Part shown: positions 1 through 13,783 of the stretch, in pieces
Position numbering within the stretch: position 1 is the first letter of the stretch
Layout: every line of letters begins with the position of its first letter
Source: Lophium mytilinum
Lineage: Eukaryota
Direction: 5' to 3'
Length of the DNA: 64,000 nucleotides
NCBI GenBank assembly: GCA_010093605.1
Contig: MU004184.1
Span: forward strand, 1,870,801-1,934,800
Notes under the pieces: model-generated
The model's database searches: none
What the model saw: the letters and a program-made list of their open reading frames with translations, nothing else
What the model was told of the DNA's origin: nothing
Translations under genes and position numbers: made by a program

Positions 1-2385
1 AAATTCGTCAGCGCAAGACTCATACGCGACGAGCTTCGAGGATATCAACGAGGAGGAGCCGAGGGGTCGCGCAGACAACAAGTCGGGAACAGACAGACAC
101 TCAACACACAAGGAAGGGAAGGGAAATGTGATTGTCAGTGTTCGCGTGCGGCCTGACGCTAGTATCAACGACGGGAAACATGACGAGTGGGAAGTCAACG
201 CCAAAAAGTCGTCAGTGGCTTATAGAGGGCGGGAAGGCGGGGACTATGTTTATGGTGGGTTACACGCAACTGCACGTGTTCTGATCGGGATCTGACTTGA
301 GACACAGACAATGTTTTCGACACGCAAGACAACAACGCACGAGTGTACGACGCAGCCGCGAAGCGTTTAGTGCGACGAGTGATGGAGGGTTATCATGGAA
401 CAGTCTTCGCATACGGCATGACGGGCACTGGAAAGACCTTTTCCATGCAAGGTACCGCAACCTCCCCAGGTGTCATTCCACTAGCTATCACGGACATTTT
501 CTCTTTCATTCGAGAGACTCCAGACCGCGAGTTTCTTCTCAGAGTAAGCTATCTTGAGATCTACAACGAGAGGATTCACGATCTGCTATCCTTGTCGACT
601 GCTACTGCGATGAATGGTACTCTACTACCACAAGAAGAAATCAAACTCCGGGAGGACAGCAAGCGCGGAGTCTACGCCACTCCTCTCAAGGAAGAGATTG
701 TACAGAGCCCTACACAACTTCTGCGCGTCATTGCCAGAGGTGACAACGCGAGGAAGGTGGCTGGAACTCAGTACAATGCACGCAGTTCTCGCAGTCACGC
801 TGTGGTCCAGATCGTTGTGGAAAGCCGCGAGAGACAGCCACCAGGAGGTACGAGCTTGCAGGACAGCAAGCGATCTGCAATTGCTCCAGGAGGAGTCCGT
901 GTCTCTACGCTGAGTCTCATTGATTTGGCGGGATCCGAGAAAGCAGCGGAAAACAAGGAGCGAAGAACTGAAGGTTCCCACATTAATAAGAGTCTGCTGA
1001 CATTGGGGACTGTCATCGCGCGCCTCTCGACGGACAAGGAAAAGGCCGATGCGGGCAAGGCAGGGGCAAAAGGAGACAAGCATTTACCTTACAGAGACAG
1101 CAAGCTCACTCGACTCCTCCAGGGCGCTCTCTCTGGAAATTCTCTTGTTAGTATTCTATGTACGATTCAGATCGGTTCTACGGGCAGCGTTGCCCTTGCC
1201 AACAGTCACACTGGCGAGACGATCAACACTCTAAAATTTGCTTCGAGAGCCAAGAATAATATTGTAAGCCACGCAAAGAAGGCGGAAGACGGTCTTGGGG
1301 AGAGAGCTCTTCTTGATCGGTATCGCATAGAGATCCAGGAGCTCCGCAAGCAACTAGAAGAGAAGTCGGCGAAAGAATCGGGAGAGGTGGTCAAGGAGGT
1401 CATCATAAGAGAAGTCTTGAAAGAGGAGGAGAAGGAGAAAGACGAAGAGGAGGAAAAGGCACGGGAAATAGAAGCGGAGCAGCGGCACGAGGAGCAGATG
1501 CTCGAGATGCAGCTTGCCAGGACCGCTTTGAAGGAGCGTATCGAGCATCTAAACCGCCTGATTCTCAGCTCCAAGTCGCTGGGAGTGAACTCTGGACGGT
1601 CGTTTTCCTCCATGGGCCTACACAACCCCACCCACAACCGTGGGTCGATATTAAGCAACAGCGATTTCCGGCCTGTATCAGCAAGGTCTTCGGCGAGCCA
1701 TTCTGCACTCGAGGTTCCTGCCGTCAATAGAACGTCGTCGGGAGGCTCAGGCGGCTCGTTTCCGTCCCCTCCAATCGGCACAGCAGTTGGGGAGACGCCG
1801 TCCGAAGAGGATGACTCTCTAGGCGAGAATGGAGATGGCACAGCCAGCCAAGCGGCACAGATCCGGGCATTACAGGCGGACCTCTCTGACAAGAACCGCT
1901 ACATTGGTACGCTTGAGAAGAGATTACTACAGGCGAGGCGATCAAGCCAGTCACGTGTTTCGATGAGCCTGTCTCACAAGGTGATTGGGGGCGACGAGGG
2001 CGTTGAGAGACTCATATCAGAGAAGGATGCAGAAATCGCAGACCTCCGCGCCAGGCTCGACGACAAGGACAGGATGGTGACGGCGCTGCGGTCTGCTGCG
2101 CGAAAGCGTGACGTTGCAGACTTAGGCATCGACACATCGTCAACAAACGAGAGCCGGCGATCGTCACATCAACGCAGCGAAGGGAGCACGGCGAGCTCCA
2201 AGTTCAAAGGGTCGCCTATCAGCCCGGTTGCGCTGCTCTCGCCTGCATCGCAGAAGTCAGGCAAGGGCGTGGATGAGATGACGCGGATCCTAGATGAGAT
2301 GATCTCGGAGCGCGTGGACGGGGCACACGGTGGTGCCAAGGGTGCATCGCGAAGCAGCCTGCGCGCGGTGAGCGAGGCCAAGTAG
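1..2385 (+). CDS. kipA: Kinesin-7 family plus-end motor (KipA/Kip2/Tea2-like), 5'-truncated by the window edge; intron 255-307
   Basis: Motor start VIVSVRVRP in the first exon; P-loop GMTGTGKT, switch motifs NARSSRSH and LIDLAGSE, HLPYRDSKLTRLLQ; C-terminal coiled coils. GT-AG intron 255-307 joins ..DYVY-D-NVFD.. Confidence 0.9.
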
Positions 2386-3959
2386 GGATACGTGTGCGAA
2401 GAAAAGGCGTGTGGGGGGATTAGGTGTTTGGTGTTTGGTGCTGGGCAGATTTTAAAGAGCGAAGGGGGCGACTCTGGGCGCAATCGCGACGGGCATTTGT
2501 GGGCGTTGGTGTCTTCCATTTTCCTTGGGGAGGCTTGAACCTTGATACCCTGTCTACTTTCCTTATATCGAGATGGCCTGATGCTGTATGATTAATCGAG
2601 GAGGGAAGAAGAGATTCGGGCGGCTACGGTAGTGATAAAGCTTAAGTCGGCTGGTATAGCACGACGGCGTCAGACAGAGCGTTAATCGGGCCCCGTGGTG
2701 TTGCAGGTTGTCGTGAGATTTGTCTCGTGCTGAAACTGTGATGGACACGACATGGTTATGTGAGAATTTCTGACAGCCTCGGATGAAGTGCGCGTTTACA
2801 TACGCAGGCTTCGACAGCAGCAAGGGTTTTTATGTAGGGTCGGGATGTGACAGCTCCCGGGTTGTAACCGCTAATTAACCTTACCTTCTCTTGCAAAACC
2901 TGGGAAACACCTGTTCACAGCGATGGAGCGCACTCCGAGCATGAACCCGGCGTCCTGTACGAGGTCTGCAGCCTTAAGCTGGGAGCATCCTGGTGGGGTC
3001 AAGCTTTTTTGCTCACGGACGAGCGCCGAGACAGTGCGCTACGCGAAACACACGACGCTTAACGACAGCGCGCAGCCTGGCTTGTTCGGGCAGGCCTTCC
3101 TGCTAGCTGGCATTGTGCTCCTTGTGCGCGTTCAATGCGGCACGGCTTGGTCGGCTGGGTGCTTGTTTTGCAAAAGCTGCGGCATGGGTGTTTGTGCATT
3201 GGAGCGGAAGGCGGGCAGATACAGATCGACTGGCGCCAGCACACGTTGAGTTCGAGAGTGTGGAGAAGAATAGATCGTCTTGCCAGTCGGGTTGCTGGAT
3301 GCCGTGAGCGATGACGTTCAGGGTCTCACGTTGACAGGCCCCTCAGGCCCCTCAAGGCCGTCGGACCCCTTCTTGGGCCCTTTGGTTGGAGCTTCTAATG
3401 GGGCAGCGTGGGCTTGGCAGATGTCGTCGCAGTCTGAAACAACAACTTGTCTCGAAGCGTCGCCCCAGATGCCAATCCCCTCATGGGTGACGCTGGGGGG
3501 ACCGACTGCCCTCGCACGCTCCTCCGCTTCATTCCGCTCGACGAGGCCTAGCTACAACCTTTTCTTCCAAGCTGTCATCCTTCGTCTACACCGCCGCGGG
3601 TCAGGCTCGTTTTGATATTGACCTCCTGCTCTGCTGCAACTCTCCCGTGCCCAATCCTCTGACCGCATTCCCAGCCCAGGCGGCCGGACGATGCAATTTC
3701 ACACATACGGCTCGTTAACCTCGTTCCCTAATTGCCTGCTCTTTCCGTTTGTTGGCCCGAAACACTGTCTCTCTCTCACCGCGCGTGCCTTTACTTCGCC
3801 GAAACCACCCACCTGCAGGCCACGGTGGACATCCAGTTTTCACTCCTTCACCGTTGCTGGCCGGCCCCGCGGTGGCCTCGCACTCGACCTACCTAGGATT
3901 GGGTGAATGTCGAGGTTGAGTCGAGCTGCCTCAATCCCGCCCACCTCACCGCCCTCGAC

Positions 3960-5848
3960 ATGATTGTAAACAGCGTCAAGAAGATGCACGCACGCCGAAA
4001 CCCTGGCCTTGTGGTCTCCTCCACCGCCTTCTCCCAACCATTCTCGCCATCCATGAACTCTGCTTCTTTTCTGTCTCCGCGATTGGCATCCCACCGCGTC
4101 CTCCTGGAAGCAACATCCCCACCACCATCGCCGAGCCTCCCCTCCCTGATACCCCGACATGGCAAGAAACCGTCTTCTGCGAGCCATTCGCGCCTGGTGA
4201 AGCGACTGCTCATTGCCTGCTGCGGTGTCACTATTATCGTTTGGCTCGGAATCCGCCATCTTTACAGCGAGCGACGGACTTGGGCTGACAGATATACGAG
4301 CGATGGGAGCAATGAATACGAAATGGTCGGCGACAGCTTCCTGCCTAGCGACCCTTCGGCCGTCATAGTCACAGACAAGAAGGAGAACCCCAAGTGGACT
4401 GTCTCCATACCGGAAAGCTACGAGTTTCCTCTGAAGCCTGCACACTATCGAGAGATATGCAAGCAGTCAATGGAATTGTCCCAGCATCTGACTGAAAATG
4501 GGAAGTCCCACACCAAGCGCTCGATGAGCTACTACTCTGAAGACCCTTATTATATGGATGTGCGAGAAGCCCAAGAGCAAGGTCTACTGCCAAAGCCTAA
4601 ACCGCATAGAAACCGTGAGATGGATGACGGTCTCACCCCTGGTGAAGAGGACGGAATGATTGTCTGCAAGAGAAGCTTAACATATGCTATGGAGACGGTT
4701 GATGCTGGGCTGGGGAACACGTTGATGGCTATGTGGATGTCATATGGTCTAGCGATGAAAGAGGGACGAGCGTGGTTCTACGACGATACGAGATGGTAGG
4801 TCTGACTTGCTAACGTTCTCCCCAATCTTAGCCCACCCCCACCCGAGTTTCGTCAGCTAATATAGACAGGCCGTATGGGAAATACTCTACTTACTTCACC
4901 CCGCCTCCAGCAGCCGGGTGTCTGCCACCGCCAAAGTCGGAGATCGTGCCTTGCCCACATAATGCGCGCCACATTGTCGTCTCTCCTGCCCTTATTACCC
5001 ACACTTTCGGCCATGCTTTCAATTACGAGTTCGAAGATGCCCGCAAGATGGAAGTGCAGCGCCAGCACAAGATCTTCGAACTCGCCCGCGTAGGATACGA
5101 AGACCTCTTCACCCTCCGCGAAGACGACGCCAGCTACGTCAAGCAACGGGCCCAAAAGCTCTACGAGCCAGTTCGGGAAGCCGGCGGCATGAGCATCGGC
5201 ATGCACGTCCGCCGCGGCGACCGCCACCCTTACGAATTCCAATACTCGAAAGACTACCTCCCCCTCGACCGCTACGTCGACACGGCGCGCGACATCTTCC
5301 TCTCGCGCCTCGGCAACTCGACCAAATCCAAGAAGACCAACGCGAAACTCGCCACCGAAATCGAGGCCCGCCACACCTCCTCCAAGATGGTCCTCGCCTC
5401 CGACGACCCGGACGTGTACCCGGACCCCGAAATGGGCGCCGCGCAGCGCGTGCAAGACCGCATCATCCTGGCCTCGAAGACGACGCTGGAGAAGACGGCG
5501 CCGAAGACGAACCCCTACATCGACGAGATCTCCGGGTGGGAGGGCGGCTTCTTCAAAGACGTCTTCTGGTCGCTAGGCCAGCCGCGCACCAACGCCAACG
5601 ACGCTGCGTCGGCCGGCCACGAGGTCACGCAGGAAGGGTCGAGGCAAGCGATGGAGCTTCGTGAGTTGGTCGGGCGCGCTTATCTCATGGACCTTGCTGT
5701 GCTGGCGCAAGCTGACGCTGTCGTCTGTACCGTCAGTAGTCTGGGCTGTCGGCTCATGGCGGTTATGATGGGCTGGGAGAGCGCGATTGAGCAGGGGAAT
5801 TGGAAGAATGTGGATGGCATGTTTGAGTGGCGGGGGATTATGTGGTGA
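3960..5848 (+). CDS. Type II membrane glycosyltransferase resembling GDP-fucose-dependent fucosyltransferases (GT23/FUT8-like); intron 4796-4869; start ATG uncertain (3960 or 3984)
   Basis: N-terminal TM (LLIACCGVTIIVWLGI). Splicing joins DDTRW-PYGKY. Motifs GLGN, GMHVRRGD, VLASDDP, DLAVLAQADAVVCTVSSLGCRL. Confidence 0.7.
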
Positions 5849-6397
5849 TCTGACTGACCCCGAGGAGAAAGAAGAGTGTGCGGAGTGGTGATGTTTTTGA
5901 GTAATAGCATTGGAGCGTTTTTGAGAGTTGTTATACCCCCATACCCATGTTTCTGCATTTGGAAGCGGGTTTTCTTGTCATTCGTTTTGATAGTCTGTTT
6001 GGATCCTGCCTGCATGGTGAGAGCGGTTTCTTACAAGCGAGCATGAGCGAGCATCAGTTGATTAGGCATTTTGATCGAGGATACAGTTTTGAGCTGGTCG
6101 AGCTTGGCATCACTTTCTTTTGTCCGGTATCAGGCATTCTGGCGTTGAGGGCGTGCGAGCGAAGCACGAGCAGCATTGGAGGCGTACACATATACTCACC
6201 CGTAAGGGGGGAGTTGATTCGGCATTAAAAGGAGCTAGCTGAACCACCGCAGATGTGGTGGTTGTAGACATCCAAATCGATTCAGAATTCTAGGAAATGG
6301 AAGATGTTCTATAAGAATGCGGTATCTACACGTGCTTATGTACCCGCTACTCCATTTACCCAAAGCATACCCATAGGTACTACTCCCCCTCTCTCAC

Positions 6398-7985
6398 CTA
6401 CATAACCAACTTCGACCCATGATACAACGGCGTCTCCGCAACCCTCCCCGCCTCCACCCCCACCCTCCTCTCCGGAAACCCCTCAAACGACACCGCATAG
6501 GTCGCGACCGAATGCGCCACCAGCCTCGCATTCACCTCCCACGCCTCCAAATCACAATTGCTGACCCCATCGCACAACTGATGATAACACGGATCAAACC
6601 ACTCCCCCTCCCTCCCCCCAAACATCTCCGCCTCCTTGCGCGTCTTCACCCCCTCCGCCCCCGTCGCGATCCCCCCGCCAGGGATCCCATGCCGAATAAA
6701 CCCATCGTAATCACTGCGCCCATCAAACGCAATGAACGTATAATTCAGCCCCTCCTTCTTATACCAGTCCACATACAGATCGCGCAGCTCCTCCGAACCG
6801 ACCGGGTTCAGCGCATTCGTCGCGTTGTACACCTGATACGCGTAGTTCGGGCTCGCGAGCATGTCGTAGTCCATAAACAACCGAATCTTCTTATTCTCGG
6901 CAGCCGAGAGCTGCGAGACGTAGTAATCGCTCCCCAACAACCCCTCCTCCTCGCCCGCCCACCACGCAAAGCGCACACAGTTCCGCACCTCATACTTAGT
7001 CAACTGGGTAGCGATCTCGAGCAGCGTCAGCGAGCCGCTGCCGTCGTCGTTGATGCCCGGGCCCTCGGCGACGCTGTCGCTGTGCCCGCCCAGCATCACG
7101 CAGTTGGATGCGTCGCCGGCGGTAGTTTGCGCGATGATGTTGGTTGTGCCGATGCTCTCGACGATGGCGTCGATGTACGCTGACGACTCGATGATGGTGC
7201 CGTTCTTCAGAGCGGCGATGTAGGGCGCGGCGTCCGCTTTCGAGATGCCGAACGTCGCGACGTGGTGCGGCGAGGGCGTGCCCAGCGTCCCGGACAAGCT
7301 GCCGTCGGCGGTGTTGTACACGACGGCGGCGAGGGCGCCGGCTTTGCCTGCGTTTTCGCTCTTCGTGCCGAAGGGGCAGGTGCCGCGCTGGATGAGGGCG
7401 ATGGCGCCTGTCGTGTTGGAGGGGTAGTCGGAGGCGGCGCAGCCGTCGTTGGCGACGAGGACGAGCGGGCCGAAGACGGGTTCTTTGTCGGTGGTGGGCG
7501 GCGTGAGGCTCATGGCCTGGGTGGAGTTGGGGGAGGCATCGCCGAGCACGAGGCGGTATTCGAAGGTGTTGCCGACGACGGCGGGGAAGGTTTGGTTCGT
7601 GATGGTGTAGTAGTCGCCGAGGGAGGCGAGGGTCGAGTAGATGTAGTCGAGGGTTGCGAGATGGCCTGAGGGGGTGGGTTAGTCGAGGGGTGAGTGATGG
7701 GTAGAGTTGGGATGGGATGCAAGGGAGGTGGAGCAAACCTTTTGAGCCTATCACGCGCGTGGGGTGGTTGTACTCGTCTATTCCGAGCTCGGCGATCTTG
7801 AACAGCTCTTTGGCACGTTTCAGGAGGGCTTTGGAGCTGATGTCGGCCTGGATGGCTTCAGAGCTGACGAGGGGTTTCTTGGTGGTGACGGCATTCTGGG
7901 GGTTTAGAGACTCGAGGAAGGGGATTTGGAGGGCAGAGGCAGTAGCACACAACAGGAACACGGCATTAGAAAAGGTTTGACGCAT
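6398..7985 (-). CDS. Secreted/vacuolar M28 aminopeptidase with PA domain (aminopeptidase Y/APE3-like); intron 7666-7738
   Basis: Signal peptide MRQTFSNAVFLLCATASA; PA domain IALIQRGTCPF; Zn ligand motifs GGHSDSV, GINDDGSG, AGEEEGLLGS, MDYDM, CYHQLCD. Confidence 0.92.
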
Positions 7986-8201
7986 AGCTATATGGCGATA
8001 GAGGATGGCCTCCAAGTCTCTTGTGTGTTGATGTTGAGCTCCGGCTGTGACAACATCAGAGCTCTATTGCAGATCCGCGATTCATGCAGCAGCAAAGGCT
8101 TGTCCCTTTCCAGCTCACCCGGCTTGGCGGTTTGAGCCAATCAAAAGCACCTAGGTATATACACGCTTCAGAACCGTGGAACGTAGCGGGACCTTGGAAG
8201 C

Positions 8202-9607
8202 CTATGCAGACTTCACAGGACGTGGAGGACCAAGTCCAAACACATCCGCACCCCGTTGATGGTTCCAGATACCGTTCGCCACCATTGCAGAGGACCACGC
8301 CGAATTCAGACCAAACCAGAGTATCACCCACACGTAGCCGAGCACTCTCCAAACCAGATGGTCACGAGCTCCCAGCTTCCGTCCCAGAACAACAAAATGG
8401 TCTTCAATCATGATTGCGAGAGCCTGGCCTAGGAAGAAGGTGAACTCGCCGCCGGTCTGTAGCGATCCATGCCATCCTATGGATCCTATTGCGTGGATGA
8501 TCGCACTGACGCCGAAACCGACAAATAGCTGAACGTATTTAGAGGCGAAAGCCCCTTTCTTGAGGCCAAGGGCGTCTCGAGCAGTGAAGAGCCCCATCGT
8601 TGCGCAAACACGGCGCATACTTTGATGCCAAGTCACCCTGTCGACTTACGTAAGCCGCTTCACCAGGAAAGCTATCGAGAGAGAGAGAGAGAGAGGGAGA
8701 CTCACGACCAAGCTTTACGCAACGTATACATCTCACGCAGATCTCCAAAAAGGGATGGACATTCGCTTGGTCTAGCCAAGTGCAGGGACACAAATACAAC
8801 TGCATTAACACAGTTTATGAACTCCAAAGTGTAATACGTGATTAGAATGTGCGTCCTTTCAGCAAGTTAGCACTCTTGTCAGTAGTCGAGTTTGGAATTC
8901 AGTTACCAGCTAAGCAAGAACTTCTTCTGATAAGAAACAGTGTCCTGAAAACCAACAGGGACGAAGCCTTCTACATCACGGAAGCTGCCCCATTGCGTTG
9001 AGGCAGTCCATGAGGAAAGAGTGTCCTCAATTAGAAAACAGAGAGCACCCCAGACGAGCATTCGTAGCACGAACTTCCTAGACGACATGAGAATCGCTCC
9101 CACAAGGCAGCTTAGATGACTCACCACCTCGAATAGTTGGCTGGGACAGTAGCAGGAACATTCTTGACTTGGTACTGTTCCCCTCGTCAGCATCGGCTTC
9201 AACGCGGCATGACGAGCTAAGCTTACACTCCAGCCGATACCACGCAGGTTGATGAAGGTGAGAAACGACCACCAGATCCTCTCGAAGAATCCCTCTGGCG
9301 CAGCCGGAGTCGCAGCTTCCGAGTCGGCGTCAGAGTCCGTACGCTTGTGCCATCCCTCCTTGTCCGGATTTGCGAGCACGATGCGGTCGATGTACGTGAA
9401 GAAAAGCAGACCGATGAGACAGCCCAGAGAGAATTGATCCCCGAAAAAGGTCTTCTCTTCTAGCAGAACGAATTGCCAAAGCAGGATACCGAGCAAAGGG
9501 AGCGTTGTTGCCGTCCGAACGAGGCTAGGCCGAAATGCCAATGAACCGACCACGACTAGGAAGAAAAGCTTCACGCAATGCTGCTGAAGGAAAGCTGAGG
9601 ACTCCAT
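8202..9607 (-). CDS. MBOAT-type (wax synthase-like) membrane O-acyl/acetyltransferase, multi-exon
   Basis: Many TM segments; NLRGIGW, PSLFGDLREMYTLRKAW..TWHQ, FGVSAIIH (catalytic His), GYVWV; reconstructed across several short introns. Confidence 0.8.
8677..8700. repeat. (GA)n microsatellite inside an intron of the MBOAT gene
   Basis: gagagagagagagagagagggaga directly adjacent to the minus-strand donor at 8705. Confidence 0.9.
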
Positions 9608-10563
9608 GGTCCGACAATGAAAACGAAAGAGTGAGGGTGTGTGCTGTCGTCGGTGGTGGGAAGGAGCATGTTCTTAAACACCACCACAGTTTACTAGCGT
9701 GCCTGCCAATCGCTCAGGGATATCATTCGGATACTCCAGCCAGTGAGACGCATCGTTCGGGCCGCTATCTTGAGCATAGGGACTTCGGCGAATCATCTCA
9801 CCACCATTACGCTGAATTGTGGGCCGGTCGGCGCCCGGTAGCCGACCTTAAGGCCTGTTTACCTGGTTAGGTCTAGTGATGCGGATACAGCAAGAGCTAC
9901 TCCGTACTGGCATTGATTTACCGTGCCCTAGTCGATTTGCGTTCTCCCAATGAGAGGTCGCGCAGTACGGTCATCAGGGACGTCGTTTATGTCCGGTTGC
10001 TAGTGAGGTGGAAGCCAAGAAAGAAGCCCGTTCTAGTTTTCGTTCGTGGTGCCTAAGCCGAAAAAATCGCCTGTCTCTCGCAGTTTAAAGGTCGCAAGCA
10101 CGCAAATTCATCCAATTGGTTGTAGGCTACAAGAAGCTTTACACATCCTGGAGGTTACAGCGCATACGCATCGACCTTGTGACTAACATGGTTTTTTACG
10201 GTTCATAAACAGGAATAACGAGAGCTACCGTTAAACGGCGGGTTCCTGCGCGATTCATTGACTTCGACATATCTTTCCTTTCCGGAAATTCGCCTTCTTT
10301 ACAGGGAATCTGTCCACTAACAAATACGAAACTTACTCATACATATAGTGTAAAGGGAAGAGTGGGGAATCTTAGTGGCCATGACACCCGTACATAGCAA
10401 AACAAAAGAAACGCGAGAGGTGGCAGTACTCTTTGTGCACTGATTTCGACCGCATGAATACAACGACGTGGAAGTTTATTTACATCATAAGCTCCGACTA
10501 AGAGTGTACTCCATATCCAAAACCCGGAAACGCCCGTAAATTCCTCTTGGCAAACAAGCGGTT

Positions 10564-13155
10564 TCAAAAGCCAGGGAAGGCATTGCGCGCGAAGTCCTGG
10601 TCCAGTGCCGTCGTACTTAGATTCGGTAGCATTTGGTTCGTGGCATCGCTCATAAATCCTATCCAGTCCTGGTCGATATCCATTGATGTCGGCATGTTCT
10701 GCCACGAGAAGTTATTGGCTAGAGGAGCGAAGTTGGCCATTCCATCCTCGTTTAGCGCAGAGTCGAAACCGGAGCTGCCTGCGTAGACGCCGTCGTACGT
10801 CATGAAAGGATCTTGTATTTGGTTCAAGGTGTTGTCAGACATTCCAACGGAAGGCATACCATGAGGGAACGGATTGGCGTCGGTGGACGAAGAGGGCGTT
10901 AACTGGGTTATCGATGGCGATGTTGCAGACGAAGTTGTTGATTTTCCTTTCCTGGGAGGCTTCGGAGGCATCACTGTCTTGTCTCCACGCCGGATCGAGA
11001 TGGTGCCAAAGTATGGGATCACAAATGCAGGCCCCTCTTCGGCTCCATAGGGGCAGTCTTCGTCGTCTGGTGGGCAATGTCCTGGTTTGGCGTCGCGAAG
11101 TTTGGTCGACATCTTTTGCAGGACTTCATAGCTTTGTGCTGCAACCTTGCCACCTTTCTCGTTCGACGCGCGGCGGAATATGTCGATGCATATTTCGATT
11201 AGCCGCCAGTCCTCTTCCATCTCTTGTGGGCTGATGCCAGCTGATGCATCCGGAGCGATGGGGAAGAGGCCAAGGAGGAGAAGGATTGCGGCCGTGAATC
11301 CGAGAAAGTCTATGGCTTTGCATTCGTATAGAGGCTCCGCACAGCCGGTACGGAGACTAGCATATAGTCGCAGCATCTCTCGAGAGCCAGCTAGACAGAC
11401 TGTCTTGCTGTACATGAATCGGGGGTTGTTTACTGATTTCAACATGAAGGGGAGGTGGAGGTAGACCCTGATTTGATGATATATCAACTGAGCCAGTAGA
11501 CGTTCTCGGAGGTCGGCAGCACTTGTTTGGCAATCGATCATAGCTCCTGACGTGTCCACCCAGGACGGATCTAGTTGATTGAACAGTGCTTCCATCTGCT
11601 GATCTAGATCAAGAGCAAAAGCGAATGATGGGTCGCCTGAACCTTGATTTCTATCAATGACCTTTCCAGCTATGATAGAGATCTTGTTGACGAAGTTGAG
11701 AGGCAGGAGGTATTTGGTCGGGGGTCCCTGGATGGTAAGGTCGCAATGTGCATCTACTACACCGGATGGCAGACCTAGGAGTAAACAAAGGAAGCGATCG
11801 CCATGGTACAGTGACCACCATATGCTTTCATGAGCTTCAGAGGTGGTACGCTTGCGATGAAGACCCTTATAACTGTTAGTAGAGAGCAGGTAGCACATGG
11901 TAGGCAGGTTCATACCATGAGTTGAGCATACATCAGGCCACGACGGAATGCAAGCCAGGCTCGACGCGGTTGACCAACATCGGAGTACCACTTGGCTTCT
12001 AGTATGAGGCATTCCATGCCTTCCAGGGTGGCAGCATACTCGTCGTCGGAAAGAACCCAGCGATCTACAGTGTTGATGTATCTATCAACATCGTCACTTT
12101 CTATGCATACACCAACACCAAGGACCAAGACGCCCAGTGCTCCTGGGCTTCCATCTTCGGAGAGGGCATGGGCAGCGTATTCGGCCAACGGGATATAGCC
12201 GGACGTGCCGGCAGTCTTCTTCCGCCAAGTCTGCCACCATTCGCCATTGGCGTTCAAGAGTTGATTAAGTTGGTCGTATGGAGGGAGTACAGACAGCAAT
12301 GCCTCTTTCGCTCGGGCACGCTTCAATTTTGACGCAGCTGCGGATGTCTCGTCAATCATGTCAGCAAGACGGTGGTCTCCGCTGCAGTGAACACGGAGCG
12401 GCTCTTGCGACTCCTGAGCACACGCAGGGGAGCCATCCTTCCTGCCTCCGTATGGACAGGACGCCTCCGACTTAGCATAATGACTCTCCGCGTTGTTCAG
12501 CTAGACGAGGTTAGGAGGAATGGGACAGGGAAATGCGAACATCAAGCATGCTTACAGCGTCTTCAAACACGGATAGTAGAGGTGCATTGCCCGTATGAGC
12601 GTTGAGCATTGGTCCATGAGCGGACGGAGTAACATCTGATGTGATAGGTGTGGGTGGGAATCGGTCTCTAGAAGGAATAGGGTCTGACGAAAAGTTCCCG
12701 CTTTTCGCCGTCTGAGGTTGCTTCTCGACCGGGCTTTTGTCGCCGCGTTCATCGAGCAGGCTCTCAACAAGAGCCTCGAGACGGGAGACTCTCTCCCGCA
12801 GATTCTTCCTTTGATCCAACACGACATCTGCGCTGGCATGCTCTTGGTCAACGCACCGCGAACCTCGAGCAAAGCACTCGGAGCAGACGTCGGGATTATC
12901 AGACGGAAAAATACAACGAATCTTTCTGCGCCGGCCTACAACAGATCAGAAACGATCCAATGACCTTCGATTGCTTTAATGCACTTCCTCATCAGGCGTG
13001 ACACGGGTGGGGAAGATTTATGTCGACCCCAGTCGCACCTCGCACAACAAAGTGACATATCAATCCTCTGAGGGACACATACATTCAAAACAACTGTGCG
13101 TCCCCTTCCGCATCTTTTTGCGGGCTGCTAGGTCAGGAGAGGTGCTCTTGGGCAT
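10564..13155 (-). CDS. Zn(II)2Cys6 fungal transcription factor with fungal-specific middle homology region
   Basis: Exon 1 MPKSTSPDLAARKKMRKGTHSCFE, intron 12936-13082, then CRRRKIRCIFPSDNPDVCSECFARGSRC (C-x2-C-x6-C-x8-C-x2-C-x6-C); later IWWSLYHGDRFLCLLLGLP. Confidence 0.92.
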
Positions 13156-13783
13156 CTTGTCCAGACCTTGTGTCTTCCAAAAGTTGAAAGCTTCAAAATT
13201 GACAGGCGGCGGAATGAAGCAAAAATCGGACGGTTCACGGACAGAGCGTAATCACGATTAGATGAATGGAGTAACGAGAGAAAAGCGGCGGTATAAAAAA
13301 CGGGGATGGTGAAAGGACACTGAGGCGGGAATACAGCCGTGCGATTTCGTCCGGCGGGCGATTGTCGATGAGTAATGGAGCATGAGCTGACAGAAACTAA
13401 AGGAACGAGCTGTGGAGCCAGTCCCTATATAATCAGGCACACACCGCCAGGCAGCACGATTACGCGTGTGTTAGATGGATGGGGTTCTCGGGGTTAAAAC
13501 ACCCTGCAGGGCTTGCCTGAAGATGAAAGGAGCGTCATGGATCGCAAGCCATCCCTGATTGAGAATACAAGGCACGTGACACAACCGAGGGATGATACCG
13601 AGATCGTCCCGACAACCCTTGAACCCTTAAAATAGAAACAAGGGTTCTGTTATCGATAAGGCAGAAATGATGTCGTTCCGTCAAAGCCGAAACACTTGGT
13701 CGTCAACTCAGAGTTTTGTCCTTCACTCCAGACTTCTTCATACATCGTATCTATTAGCATATGGTACATCTACTACCACAGCA

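Noticed and set aside
2400..3900. Short ORFs and small repeat (CAGGCCCCT x2, ~3335-3358) in a long intergenic region
   Set aside because: No coding motifs or coherent splice structure; likely promoter/UTR.
6419..7183. 254-aa plus-strand ORF
   Set aside because: Antisense shadow of the GC-rich aminopeptidase CDS; Arg/Pro-rich, no motifs.
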